From assembly GCA_965367815.1 (NCBI GenBank), contig CBDUKN010000002.1, positions 1-64,000 on the forward strand: 64,000 nt of DNA, written 5' to 3'. Below the pieces are notes generated by a model, which worked only from the letters and a program-made list of their open reading frames with translations, searched no databases and was not told the DNA's origin. This DNA comes from an uncultured Thermoprotei archaeon (GTDB lineage: Archaea; Thermoproteota; Thermoprotei; Thermofilales; B15-G2). The translations under genes were made by a program, and so were the position numbers. This document shows, in pieces, positions 18,424 to 28,787 of this stretch. Each line of letters begins with the position of its first letter. The first letter of the stretch is position 1.

Positions 18424-19664
18424 TGAAGGAGCCTGAGTGGCTTACAAGTTTGAGAAAAAGGGCTCTTTCCATGCTCGATAAGGCTCCTGAGCCAAAGTAC
18501 GGTGCTAAAATAGATTTTGCTTTGTTTGACAAAAATCCAGTAGTCCACGACGAAGTAAGCGATATAAGTGAATTGCCCAGCGATGTGGCTAAGGCTCTTG
18601 ATCAACTAGCTTTAACTAAAGTTAAAGCACTTGGACTTACAGTTCACGTAGATGCAAGCACTATTCTAAAAGAATTACTAGATGTTCCTAAAGGAGTAGT
18701 AATAATGGATATTGAAGAAGCCTTACTTAAATACGACGAGCTTAGAAAATACTGGTTTGGTGTCTTTCCCTTAACATTAAATAAGCTTTCTCTCTTTCAT
18801 GCAGCTTATAGCAGAGGAGGAGTTTTTATAAGAGTTCCGAGAGGCATGCGTTTGAAAAAGCCTATTCAATCATGCTTCATAGTATCTTCGTCTAAGTACG
18901 CTCAGCTCCCACACAACATTATTATAGCAGAGCCGGAGTCCGAAGTACATATTATTACAGGCTGCACGGCTCCACGAGCAGTAAAAGAGGCATTTCACGC
19001 GGGGCTCACAGAAGTATATATTATGAAAAACGCCAGAGTTACTTTAACCACAATAGAAATATGGCCCTATGACATGCATGCAAGACCTCTCGCAGGAATA
19101 CGTGTCGAAGAGGGAGGAGAGTTTATTGAAAATTATATTTTACTTAAGCCTCCTCGAACTCTTCAAACATACCCTACTGCAGTACTAAAAGGAGAAAAAA
19201 GCACGTGTCTTATGAGGTCAATCCTGGTAGGGTTAAAGAAATCTAATGTAGATTCTGGGTCAGCAGTATATTTATTTGGAGAAAAAAGCAGAGCAAAAAT
19301 CGTAAGCAGAGCTGTAGCTTTTCATGAATCGAGAATAGCTCAGCGAACAAAAATATGGAGCACAAAGCCAGGTACATATGGGTACGTTGACTGCAGAGGA
19401 CTAATAATAGGAGAAAAAGCAAGCCTAAGCACGTATCCTGCCCTAATAGCAGACCACAAGGAATCAAATCTAGTGCACGAATCAGCTATAGGCAGGATAG
19501 CTGAAGAAGAGTTATTCTACTTAATGGCTAGAGGGCTGAGCGAAGAAGAAGCGACAGGGCTCCTCATAAGAGGCTTCTTAGACCCAGGAATACTGAATTT
19601 GCCCCCCGAAATTACTAAAGAAATAGAAAGAGTAATACAGCTTACAGCAGAGCAAGCTCTCTAA
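18417..19664 (+). CDS. sufB: SufB/SufD-family Fe-S scaffold
   Basis: ITGCTAP, DCRGL, HESAIGRI, YLMARGL. Confidence 0.85.
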   Translation: MLMKEPEWLTSLRKRALSMLDKAPEPKYGAKIDFALFDKNPVVHDEVSDISELPSDVAKALDQLALTKVKALGLTVHVDASTILKELLDVPKGVVIMDIEEALLKYDELRKYWFGVFPLTLNKLSLFHAAYSRGGVFIRVPRGMRLKKPIQSCFIVSSSKYAQLPHNIIIAEPESEVHIITGCTAPRAVKEAFHAGLTEVYIMKNARVTLTTIEIWPYDMHARPLAGIRVEEGGEFIENYILLKPPRTLQTYPTAVLKGEKSTCLMRSILVGLKKSNVDSGSAVYLFGEKSRAKIVSRAVAFHESRIAQRTKIWSTKPGTYGYVDCRGLIIGEKASLSTYPALIADHKESNLVHESAIGRIAEEELFYLMARGLSEEEATGLLIRGFLDPGILNLPPEITKEIERVIQLTAEQAL

Positions 19665-20184
19665 CAATACTTCTATCTTCCTTATTCATTTTAATTAAGA
19701 AAGAGTAAGGTACAATCGCATAGCGCTTAAGTACATATGCCCTGTCAATAGTATGGTTTTTGAGCAACATTACTATGACATATTCTTTAAAGCCGAAAAC
19801 TTTCTTTAAATAATACGCGGTCTTAGCATAGACTTTTATTTTAGTTCCCGGGCGCGGCATTTTAGATTTAATTTCTACAAGTAGAGCTCTGCCATTAGGT
19901 AAAATAGCTAGCGCATCTACTTCTCCAATTACAATACCTTTACCCTTTTTAATTTTTCTCATTTTCTTAGATCTTATTACAGCTACTGAATATTTTAATA
20001 AAGTTACTTCTTTTAAGTTTAATTTTAATTGCTTAAATATTTCCCAATTAATAAGAATATCATCTTTATAAAAATTTTCAAATACAGCTATATATGTTCT
20101 ATTCTGAGATAATATTTTTATGCATTTTCTTCTATATTTTATTCTTAGAAAAAACATTAGCAAGCGCTTAAGCAGTAGATTCAT
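19642..20184 (-). CDS. PD-(D/E)XK nuclease-like protein
   Basis: GEVDALAI...LLVEIKS; AT-rich gene. Confidence 0.55.
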   Translation of the reverse strand: MNLLLKRLLMFFLRIKYRRKCIKILSQNRTYIAVFENFYKDDILINWEIFKQLKLNLKEVTLLKYSVAVIRSKKMRKIKKGKGIVIGEVDALAILPNGRALLVEIKSKMPRPGTKIKVYAKTAYYLKKVFGFKEYVIVMLLKNHTIDRAYVLKRYAIVPYSFLIKMNKEDRSIVRELALL

Positions 20185-20238
20185 AGCACATTGGTTTAGA
20201 TTCTTTAGTGTTAAATATTCCTTTCGAGAAAAATCGTT

Positions 20239-22491
20239 GTGAGTTCGTGTATAGAAGTAAGTAATGGAAAAATATTCTTTAAGATAGGAGAAATAGCCTT
20301 AAGGGATATCAAGTTCTGTCTAAATGTAGATAAAACATGGTACACTTACCAAAATACTAAATGTAAAGGAGCCAAGGAAGTTAATTGCGGCGATTATACC
20401 GAAGTCGTAATTCCATATGAGTGCAGCAAAGGTGTTTTTGAAGGAATTATTAGGTTTTTCTCTGAAGATAGCGCTTATATCTACCTAAGGCACGACATAG
20501 ATTTCAGTGAAGAGCTTTACGCAGCTATATGTATAGGTGATGTAGAGTCTCTTGAAACAGTGTTATTCTACCATATAGGTAGGCTCGGAAAAGAATACTC
20601 TACGGCGCCCCGCTATTACAAAGATGTATCTCTGGGAATGAAGCCGAAGGAACCTCCTCCACCCGACTACTACCCCTACCCTCCTCTGCCAGAGGAAATA
20701 TGCTTTGATAAAGAAGAAGACCAGTCTTGCTGGGTTAAGCCATACTGGATAAATGACTGGAGGAAAATAAACCACAATACTCCTGTATTATTTACATTAT
20801 TTAAGTGCGGAGCCAGCAATTTGGCTATATTCCCTATTTCTGCCGGAGACTACAGGTCAGTTGTAAGATTCGGTACTGAGCCATTTGAAGACCCACATAT
20901 TAAGATCTGGGTTCGAGCATATGCCAAGAGCTCAGACAAGGTTTTACCGGGAGCTATAATAGTCGCCGACAAAAATCCTATATTGGCGACTGAAAAGACA
21001 TTTGCTTTAGTTAAAAGAATTCTTGGAAATAGAGTAAAACTTTCTAGAGAGAAACGTTATCCAGAGATATTTGAGTACCTGGGCTGGTGCACATGGAATG
21101 CATTTTATAGAGATATTGATGAAAAGAAAGTAGTTGAGGGAACTAGAGCTATAAGAGAAAAAGCTCCTATAGGCTTTGTGATAGTCGATGATGGTTGGCA
21201 AGACGTGGACGAAGATAGCAGACTTAAATCATTTGTTCCTGACTCTAAGAAGTTCCCGAGAGGCGGCAAATACCTTGTTGAAAAAATAAAAGAAGCAGGG
21301 GTCAAGTATGTAGGCTTCTGGATTACTCTTCAAGGCTACTGGAGAGGACTTTCAGAAAAACTTCTAGAAAAATACCCGAACTTAATACTGAAGGGGAGCA
21401 ACGGTAACCTTATACCTTATCCAGAAAACCACAAGGGCTTCAAAGTATATAGAGATCTTTACTCAAAGCTAAGAGAGTGGGAAGCAGATTTCACTAAAGT
21501 AGATAACCAGTTTGATATTTTAGGATATGTTAAAGGAATTATTCCAGTAAATAGAGCAGCTGAAGCTATTCAAGAAATGCTTCAAGCAGCAGCATACGGT
21601 CAAGGACTACAGATACTTAACTGTATGTGCATGGTTCCCGAAGACTACTTCCACTGGCTTGTCTCAAATGTCAGCAGAATATGTATGGACTATATACCTT
21701 ACTGGAAGGACGGTGCTAAAAAGCACATAATTTACTGCGTGTACAATGCTCTCTGGTACTCGTTTTTCTGCTGGCCTGACTACGATATGTTCATGAGCCA
21801 TGACCCTTACGCTCTGCCTCATGCTGTCTCAAGAGCTATTTCCGGCGGACCTATCTACATAACCGATATTCCAGGAAAAACTGACGAGAAAATAGTTAAG
21901 CTCCTATGCTTCAGCGACGGAAGAATACTGAGACCAGATACTCCAGCTCTTCCTGCACCTGAAGTACTCTACAGGAACCCCTATGAGGAAAAAGTGTCTC
22001 TTAAAGCCTTTTCAAAGGCAAAAGTACCTGGCTTTGGCGAAGTAGGCATAGTAGCCGTAATGAATGTTAATGGCAAGGGAGAAAAAGTCGACTACACAGT
22101 GTCTCCTAAAGACGTATTCGAGACAGAAGGCAATTACTTCATTTATGAAGTTTTTACAGAAGAAACTTTCACTAGAAAGCTATCTGATGAAATTAAAGGA
22201 ACTCTTAGCGAGCTAGAAACCCGAGTTTATATTATTTCGAAAATAGTAGATGGAGTAGCTTTAGCGGGAGTAAAAGGAAAGATAATTGCGCCTAAAGGAG
22301 TAACATCATTCAAAAAACGCGAAAATATGATAATAATAGATCTTTATGAACCATTAGAACTCGTAATATATAGCGAGAAAGAACCTAAAGAAATATTCTG
22401 CGATGGTAAACGGTGCAGAAACTACAGGTATACAAAAGACAGAGTACTTTTCGTTAAGGATAAAAGTAAGAATATTATAATAGTACTCTAG
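20239..22491 (+). CDS. Sip1/raffinose synthase-like alpha-galactosidase (GH36)
   Basis: GWCTWNAFY, IVDDGWQ, KVDNQ, PDYDMF, AISGGPIYITD. Confidence 0.92.
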   Translation: MSSCIEVSNGKIFFKIGEIALRDIKFCLNVDKTWYTYQNTKCKGAKEVNCGDYTEVVIPYECSKGVFEGIIRFFSEDSAYIYLRHDIDFSEELYAAICIGDVESLETVLFYHIGRLGKEYSTAPRYYKDVSLGMKPKEPPPPDYYPYPPLPEEICFDKEEDQSCWVKPYWINDWRKINHNTPVLFTLFKCGASNLAIFPISAGDYRSVVRFGTEPFEDPHIKIWVRAYAKSSDKVLPGAIIVADKNPILATEKTFALVKRILGNRVKLSREKRYPEIFEYLGWCTWNAFYRDIDEKKVVEGTRAIREKAPIGFVIVDDGWQDVDEDSRLKSFVPDSKKFPRGGKYLVEKIKEAGVKYVGFWITLQGYWRGLSEKLLEKYPNLILKGSNGNLIPYPENHKGFKVYRDLYSKLREWEADFTKVDNQFDILGYVKGIIPVNRAAEAIQEMLQAAAYGQGLQILNCMCMVPEDYFHWLVSNVSRICMDYIPYWKDGAKKHIIYCVYNALWYSFFCWPDYDMFMSHDPYALPHAVSRAISGGPIYITDIPGKTDEKIVKLLCFSDGRILRPDTPALPAPEVLYRNPYEEKVSLKAFSKAKVPGFGEVGIVAVMNVNGKGEKVDYTVSPKDVFETEGNYFIYEVFTEETFTRKLSDEIKGTLSELETRVYIISKIVDGVALAGVKGKIIAPKGVTSFKKRENMIIIDLYEPLELVIYSEKEPKEIFCDGKRCRNYRYTKDRVLFVKDKSKNIIIVL

Positions 22492-22492
22492 G

Positions 22493-24424
22493 CTATTCTT
22501 CTACAATAATTACTTTTTTAGGTTTTATTTTACGGCGCTTAGATAGTATTTTCTTTAGTTTTAATATAAAAACTAGGAAAAGTAGACCTGCTAAGATAGC
22601 TATGCTTACTTTAAGTATTTCTGTCTTAATAGGCTTACCGAAAACACTAACTACGTCCAAATAGATAGCAATTACTGCTGATTTAGATACTATTTTAATT
22701 GTTTTTTCTTCAACTCCACCTATACACGAGATTTTTAAAGTGTATTCTCCTTCAGGTATCCTCGAGAAAACTACTATGCCTCTCTCGTCGGGAGTTGCTT
22801 CTGCTATTTTAAGGTCCCCATGGTATAGTTCTACACGAGTACTTTTAATGTTATTGGAGAATTTATCAAATAGAAGTATTTTTACTGACTTAAGGGGGAT
22901 TTCTAGTTCAATGAACTTATTTTCGTGAACTATACTAAAAGTATAGTTTTTAAACAGATAGTGCAGTACAACTCTGTATTTTCCAAACACAATTTCTTTA
23001 AAACATACTTCGCCCTCGTTATTAGTCATGTCTTCACATATCTTTCTTCCCGTACTTTCATCGAAGAGAATAACGCTTACTTCAGGGACAGGTAGAGACT
23101 CGGAGTCTTTGACTTTTATTTTAAGATCTGCTAAATTACAGACGACTATTTCTTGAATACTACGTTCTACCACAATACTTTTTCTAGCAACCTCTTTACC
23201 CCCGTAAAATATTTTGATAAGATATACTCCTGCAGGAAGATTTTTGAATAAAGCTTTACCGTCAACAACAGTAGTGTTTTTTGCAATAAGAGATAAATAT
23301 GAATACAGCTGAACTACTGCCTTATCAATAGGCTTCATATTGCTGTCTACTACATCGAGACTAACTTGGTATAGCTTAAGTGGTATATCAAGTGGGCTGA
23401 ATTCAGTTGAGACTAAATATTCGCCGCTCAATGTCCCATAGAGGTATACTTTGACTAAGAGCTGTAAATCTGCTGTTTTAAAGCATGCTTTTCCCTTGGC
23501 TCTAAAAATGCTTTCACTGCTACCCACTTCAATAATGGCATCTCCAATGTAGTTTCCCTCGCTATCGACAGCTCTAAGTTCAACTATTCTCTCCTTGTAC
23601 TCTATTTTCTCTACGATAGCTTTTTCCACTTTGATACATTTAATGGGCTCTGGGGGTACTTCTTCTGTGAACGGGTCATTTGAGTCTAAATATGTGCCAT
23701 TAAGTTTTAAGTTAACTAATTTGCTATCGTAAACAATAAAGCATTTTTCTAGAAAACTACCCTCAGTAACATCTTTATAGTAAAATTTACAGTAAGCTAT
23801 AAATAAGACTAAATCTTGATCCTTGTTTATAATTGTCAGCGTATCTCCGTAGACTACTAGTTCTACTTCTGTAGCCGATATTTCAACTCCATTTACCTCT
23901 ATTCTAGTAGCGTTTTCGTAGGCTATAGTATAGCTACTGCTATTGAATTCAAGGAAATAGTGTCTACTGAGTATAGTTAGTTTCACTTTAACTGCGTAGA
24001 GCTTGTCTTCTCTGAAAGTAAGTCTATAAGAAGAATTTGCTTTAAGAGAAACTGGCGATGAAAAAGAAATCCAGTTACCTGGAATTAAGGCAATTAGTGG
24101 CTTTACAAGAGGATCTTCTCTGAAAATTACTTTAACAGTACTATATGTTTCTAGAGGAAGTATTTTTAAGTAGAACCTATTGAATTTGTATTTATTTGAG
24201 CTAATGCCTTCTATTCTATAGATAGATTTTCCTAATCCCGTATCGAGGTAGATAGTATATAATGTGCCAGGATCCAGCTGAATTTCTACTTCATCGCCCA
24301 GTATTGTCTTATACGTGGTACTTTTTCCTGTTGATACTGCAATAGCCCCGATTTTGGGCGAACTATGTACTAGATGCGTGATAAGTATAAGTGAAATTAA
24401 TATGAGAATAATTCTTTTCATCAA
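22493..24424 (-). CDS. Secreted, membrane-anchored protein with repeated beta-sandwich (Cna-B/carboxypeptidase-regulatory-like) domains
   Basis: Signal peptide; repeated VxDxxGxPxxxAxV..G.Y units; C-terminal TM helix plus basic tail. Confidence 0.7.
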   Translation of the reverse strand: MMKRIILILISLILITHLVHSSPKIGAIAVSTGKSTTYKTILGDEVEIQLDPGTLYTIYLDTGLGKSIYRIEGISSNKYKFNRFYLKILPLETYSTVKVIFREDPLVKPLIALIPGNWISFSSPVSLKANSSYRLTFREDKLYAVKVKLTILSRHYFLEFNSSSYTIAYENATRIEVNGVEISATEVELVVYGDTLTIINKDQDLVLFIAYCKFYYKDVTEGSFLEKCFIVYDSKLVNLKLNGTYLDSNDPFTEEVPPEPIKCIKVEKAIVEKIEYKERIVELRAVDSEGNYIGDAIIEVGSSESIFRAKGKACFKTADLQLLVKVYLYGTLSGEYLVSTEFSPLDIPLKLYQVSLDVVDSNMKPIDKAVVQLYSYLSLIAKNTTVVDGKALFKNLPAGVYLIKIFYGGKEVARKSIVVERSIQEIVVCNLADLKIKVKDSESLPVPEVSVILFDESTGRKICEDMTNNEGEVCFKEIVFGKYRVVLHYLFKNYTFSIVHENKFIELEIPLKSVKILLFDKFSNNIKSTRVELYHGDLKIAEATPDERGIVVFSRIPEGEYTLKISCIGGVEEKTIKIVSKSAVIAIYLDVVSVFGKPIKTEILKVSIAILAGLLFLVFILKLKKILSKRRKIKPKKVIIVEE

Positions 24425-24628
24425 CTTTCACTCTACTATTAATACTTTAGTTCTTTCACTGTATTCCCCAAAGATATTCTCTGAATAATACTAGGCTAAT
24501 TATTCTAGTGTCTCGCTTATCCCACACCCAATTCACTTGGTCTTCTCGGAAAATACCTTGAAGAGTATATTAGTTTTTAAGGAAATACTTATAAGTAAGT
24601 AACAAATGATGTTGAAGGTGACTGCAAT

Positions 24629-25426
24629 ATGAAAGTGGGTTTTCGCGTGCCTTATACATTCATGGGGGGCTGGCGAGCTGTTTTCAACAGAGCATCAGCC
24701 TTAAACGTAAACGTAATCGAAGTAGATCTCGGAGACCCTAGATTTCAAGCAATACCCAATCCAGTACCCTTAGCGAGAAGAATAAAGGAAATGGCTTCTT
24801 CGCAGGGAATAGAGATAGTAGTCAAAGCATATACTCCCGACATAAACTTAGCTAGCTTCAACAACACTATTAGAGCTGCTGCTCAGCGCCTACTAATTCA
24901 AGCAATAAGATTTGCTCAAAACGCTGAATCAGAGTACGTTATCTTCGACCCAGGATATCTTCCCAGAGAATACCCGCCGAGACTAGTAAACAGAGCAAGA
25001 ACTCTTCTCTCAAGAACAATAAGCAATGCTCAGAGACTTACTGGAGGAACCATTAAATTGCTTATAGAAAACGCTCCGAGAACAGAAAACAGGTCTCTCG
25101 CATCAACAATAGAAGACATCAAGACACTAAGCGAACTACTCGGCTGCAATATAGCTCTAAACATAGGTCATGCTAACACAGTAGGAAACGTTACAGACTT
25201 CATCGAAGATCTAAAGGGTAAAATAGAGGTAGTTCACCTGAGCGACAACAACGGCGACCAAGACTCTCATCTGCCAATAGGCTATGGCCGAATAAACTAC
25301 AGAAGAGTAATTTCGGCTCTCAAGACAGCCGGCTTCGACGGAGCATACATTATTGACGTCAATTCTCCTGCAGGAATAAGCGTGAGTATTAGAAGACTAA
25401 ACGCACTCCTTTCATCTACTCGCTAA
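24629..25426 (+). CDS. Xylose-isomerase/AP-endonuclease-2 TIM-barrel protein, partly degenerate metal site
   Basis: DINLAS, IEN, NIGHAN, VHLSDN, DSHLPIG. Confidence 0.8.
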   Translation: MKVGFRVPYTFMGGWRAVFNRASALNVNVIEVDLGDPRFQAIPNPVPLARRIKEMASSQGIEIVVKAYTPDINLASFNNTIRAAAQRLLIQAIRFAQNAESEYVIFDPGYLPREYPPRLVNRARTLLSRTISNAQRLTGGTIKLLIENAPRTENRSLASTIEDIKTLSELLGCNIALNIGHANTVGNVTDFIEDLKGKIEVVHLSDNNGDQDSHLPIGYGRINYRRVISALKTAGFDGAYIIDVNSPAGISVSIRRLNALLSSTR

Positions 25427-25479
25427 TTTTTTACAGAAAACCTTTTATCTTCTTTAAGTTATTTTCCTTAAGATCCCCG

Positions 25480-27123
25480 ATGTACTGGTTAAAGGAGACT
25501 CTTGACAAAATTATTAAAGAATTTGGCGATAGAGAAAAAATAGTCTGCAATGGAGGACTATCTGTATCCGGCCTACAGCACTGTGGTAGACTTAGAGGAG
25601 AAGTAACCTACAATGATGTTATCTCGAGGCAGCTGAGGGAAAGAGGATATAATGCAGTACACTACTTAGTTCTCTACACAGTGGATCCCTGGAAAGGCAA
25701 AGACGCTCAATTAAAGCAGTTCAGAAATCCTAAAGAGGCCATTAAGTATCGAGGACTGCCTCTCTCAAAGGTACCTGATCCATATGGTTGTCACTCGAAC
25801 TGGGTTGAGCACTACTGGGAAGACTTTGGCAACTACTTAAAGGACTTTGCAGTTGATGTAAAAATAATTACTACTGAAGAACTCTACAAAAATAATGATA
25901 AAATGAAGGAGTTTGTAAGAAAAGTAATAGAGAAAAAAGAGGAAGTAAGACGAGTAATAAATAAGTATAGAGGTAGAAAACCTTATCCAGAAGGATGGAT
26001 ACCTTTTGAACCAATATGCGATAAATGCAGTCGAATAGACAGCACAGAATCGGTAGACGTTGACTTAAGGTCGTATAAAGTGAGATATGTTTGCTCTAAC
26101 TGTGGACATGAAGGAGAAACAAGTATGGAGAACGGCAAGCTAATGTGGAGGCTAGAGTGGGTAGGCATATGGTATTCTCTAGGAGTATGCTTCGAGCCCT
26201 TCGGTAAAGATCACGCTATGCCAGGAGGATCAAGAGATAGCTGCGTAGATCTGGCAGTCAACATCTTCAGCTTAAAGCCTCCCGTAGGCCTAGCATACGA
26301 ATGGGTAGGATATGCAGTTAAAGGAAAAGATCTCGGAGATATGGGCTCAAGTGACTTCATAGGCTTTACTCCCAAAGAATGGCTTGAAGTAGCTGAACCA
26401 GAAGTTTTAAGGTACATGTACCTATTTAGTGATCCAATGAAAAGAATTGTTTTAAGTCTAGAACAAATACCGTCCTATACTGAAAACTATGATAGAGCAG
26501 AAAGAATATACTATGGAATAGAAAGCCCAAAGCCAAGTGAAGATAAAGAGAGAATTATTATAAGTTATAGACTTGCTCAGTTAAAAGATCCTCCAGTTAC
26601 ACCGCCTTTCCAGTTAAGCTACTATCATGCTGTTGCACTTTGCCAAGTAATACCTTTAGACAGAGATCTCCTCGAAGAAGCTTTAAAAAGACTTAAATCC
26701 ACCGGAGTACTTAAAGAAGAAGCCCTAGATGATTATAGTTTAAATAGAATAAAGAGCAGATTAGAGAAAGCTAAAAAATGGGTAGAGAAATACGCTCCCC
26801 CTATATATAAAATTAAGCCATCAGAGGAATTAGATAAAGAAGCATTAGCTAAAATAGACTTAAATATAGTTCCCCTACTGAAAAAACTTCTAGATAACTT
26901 AAAGCAGGCAGAGTGGAGCGAAGAGAAGATAAAAGAAGCTATGATGAAAGTGCCTAAAAAGAGTAAATCTGAAGAAAGAAAGTTCTTTAAAGCACTATAC
27001 TTGATTTACTTTGCGAAAGACAGAGGACCTAGAATAGCGTTCTATCTAGCTATGTTAGATAAAAACTGGGTTATTGGAAGACTAGAAGAAGCTATAGAGC
27101 AATTAGAACACTATTCTTCGTAA
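25480..27123 (+). CDS. lysS: Class I lysyl-tRNA synthetase
   Basis: SVSGLQHCGRLRGE, FEPFGKDH, MGSS, GPR. Confidence 0.95.
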   Translation: MYWLKETLDKIIKEFGDREKIVCNGGLSVSGLQHCGRLRGEVTYNDVISRQLRERGYNAVHYLVLYTVDPWKGKDAQLKQFRNPKEAIKYRGLPLSKVPDPYGCHSNWVEHYWEDFGNYLKDFAVDVKIITTEELYKNNDKMKEFVRKVIEKKEEVRRVINKYRGRKPYPEGWIPFEPICDKCSRIDSTESVDVDLRSYKVRYVCSNCGHEGETSMENGKLMWRLEWVGIWYSLGVCFEPFGKDHAMPGGSRDSCVDLAVNIFSLKPPVGLAYEWVGYAVKGKDLGDMGSSDFIGFTPKEWLEVAEPEVLRYMYLFSDPMKRIVLSLEQIPSYTENYDRAERIYYGIESPKPSEDKERIIISYRLAQLKDPPVTPPFQLSYYHAVALCQVIPLDRDLLEEALKRLKSTGVLKEEALDDYSLNRIKSRLEKAKKWVEKYAPPIYKIKPSEELDKEALAKIDLNIVPLLKKLLDNLKQAEWSEEKIKEAMMKVPKKSKSEERKFFKALYLIYFAKDRGPRIAFYLAMLDKNWVIGRLEEAIEQLEHYSS

Positions 27124-27503
27124 TCGTAATAATATTCTTCATCTTCTTCATAGTCCTCTTCTTTGTATTCTTCTTCATATTCTTCCTCCTCATACTCCTC
27201 TTCTTCACCGTACTCGTACTCTTCTTCATAATATTCTTCTTCGTAAATTCCTTCTTCTTCAAGTTCTTCTATTTTCTTGGAAAGAATTATCATTAGAGCT
27301 AGTATCAAAGTAAGTATACCTGAAATACTTCCACATAAAAGTAGAGCAAAAGTTTGGTTATTTGTTTTTACATAAAGATACTTATAGAAACCTAAGAGAA
27401 TTATTCCACCAGCGTCGCTACCCACTGAGATGATTTCGGGACACCATAACATAGCCATTACTAGAATGTAGAGAATAGTCATTACTAAAGCTCCTGTCCT
27501 CAC
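27111..27503 (-). CDS. Small membrane protein with a Glu/Tyr low-complexity tail
   Basis: Hydrophobic N-terminal half; ~50-aa tail of EEEY-type repeats; GGTGA RBS. Confidence 0.7.
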   Translation of the reverse strand: MRTGALVMTILYILVMAMLWCPEIISVGSDAGGIILLGFYKYLYVKTNNQTFALLLCGSISGILTLILALMIILSKKIEELEEEGIYEEEYYEEEYEYGEEEEYEEEEYEEEYKEEDYEEDEEYYYDYEE

Positions 27504-27573
27504 TTATAATCACCTTTCTAGCATAGCCTCTAATGTATTTTAAATTATCGTCTGACTTAAAAATCTTATAAAA

Positions 27574-27622
27574 TCAGCAATGGGACTTTTCGTCACTGCT
27601 CAGCTAGTAGGGGCTTCATCAC
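27574..27622 (-). ncRNA. Box C/D guide sRNA
   Basis: GTGATGA-agcccctactag-CTGA-gca-GTGACGA-aaagtcccattg-CTGA. Confidence 0.88.
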
Positions 27623-27656
27623 TTCACTTAAATACTCTGAAAGGGAATTTAACTAT

Positions 27657-28136
27657 ATGTCGGTTCTTCCAGGAGAAACCTTAATCTGCCATATTTCTCC
27701 GATCAAAAAGACTCAAGTACAGCCTGCTGGAGTAGACTTAACAGTAGGAGAGATCTATGTCTTTAACGAAGGTGGGTTTTTAGGTGTAGAAAAAGTAGAT
27801 ATACCGGAATACTCTAAAGTAAAATGCGAAAATGGTGTTTTTGAGCTAAGTAGGGGAGCTTACTTAGTGAGGTTTAATGAAGTTGTAGAGATTCCCGAAG
27901 ACTGTATAGCTATTTTCTTACCTCGTTCTAGTTTACTTAGAATGGGTGCTACTATTGCTTCAGCTCTTTGGGATCCGGGCTATAGAGGACGTGGTGTGGG
28001 CTTACTACTTGTATTTAATGAATATGGCATAGAGATAGAGAAAAACGCTAGAATAGCTCAAATATTCTACATAAGAATGGAAAAGAAGCCCAGTAAAACC
28101 TATAGTGGCAGGTATCAGCTAGAAGGATTAGAGTAG
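27657..28136 (+). CDS. Trimeric dUTPase/dCTP deaminase family
   Basis: QPAGVDL, PRSSLLR, WDPGYRG, RIAQ, YSGRYQ. Confidence 0.9.
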   Translation: MSVLPGETLICHISPIKKTQVQPAGVDLTVGEIYVFNEGGFLGVEKVDIPEYSKVKCENGVFELSRGAYLVRFNEVVEIPEDCIAIFLPRSSLLRMGATIASALWDPGYRGRGVGLLLVFNEYGIEIEKNARIAQIFYIRMEKKPSKTYSGRYQLEGLE

Positions 28137-28429
28137 ATTATAGTCGATATCTCTTCTGAGACTTCTTCGTCTAGTTTTTCTGTTTCAAGTAGCTGGTACT
28201 CTGCATATCCTTCTTTTCTGTGCTCAGGCTTTGTCCGCTTAAGTTCAATAGCAGAACGAGTAGGATGAGTTTTTACAGTAATATATGCTCTAACAATATT
28301 AGCTAAAGTTGCTTCTTGGAGAACTATGACTAAGTCTTCTGCCTCAATAATAGCTCTTACATGTTTATGTCCTTTAGGAGGCCCTACTAGTACTCTCTTG
28401 ATATCTTGATTTCTTAATACTAGTTTCAC
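28115..28429 (-). CDS. Hypothetical protein
   Basis: 104-aa ORF with typical composition, 3 nt after the upstream gene. Confidence 0.7.
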   Translation of the reverse strand: MKLVLRNQDIKRVLVGPPKGHKHVRAIIEAEDLVIVLQEATLANIVRAYITVKTHPTRSAIELKRTKPEHRKEGYAEYQLLETEKLDEEVSEEISTIIYSNPSS

Positions 28430-28432
28430 GTA

Positions 28433-28636
28433 CTATAATTTCTTAGCGATAGCTATTACGGCTACTATTAGAAAAGCGATACTAGCCCAGAAGAAACTAT
28501 GTGTCAGTAGGTAGACGATTATCGCTACGATAGCTGCAGGCAGCAGAATTATTATTAACTTAACTATAAACACTAAGATTAGTACTCCTATTATTACCAG
28601 CAGTATGGAGAAAAGTAAGTCTATTAAAGGCACCAC
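28433..28636 (-). CDS. Small membrane protein
   Basis: 67 aa, almost entirely hydrophobic. Confidence 0.7.
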   Translation of the reverse strand: MVPLIDLLFSILLVIIGVLILVFIVKLIIILLPAAIVAIIVYLLTHSFFWASIAFLIVAVIAIAKKL

Positions 28637-28674
28637 AACCTAAATATACTGCTCCGTAAAATAAGTTTTTCCGG

Positions 28675-28725
28675 GTGATGAGTTACTTCCGGACAGAAGT
28701 GATGATGACTACCCGGCAAGCCTGA
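28675..28725 (+). ncRNA. Box C/D guide sRNA
   Basis: GTGATGA-gttacttccgga-CAGA-agtg-ATGATGA-ctacccggcaagc-CTGA; guides fit 23S H69/H71-like sequences. Confidence 0.85.
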
Positions 28726-28787
28726 ACTTCTTTTCCTTGAAATTTAGCAGACTAGTATTCTTTACTAGCTTTAAACTATTGAGGTAT

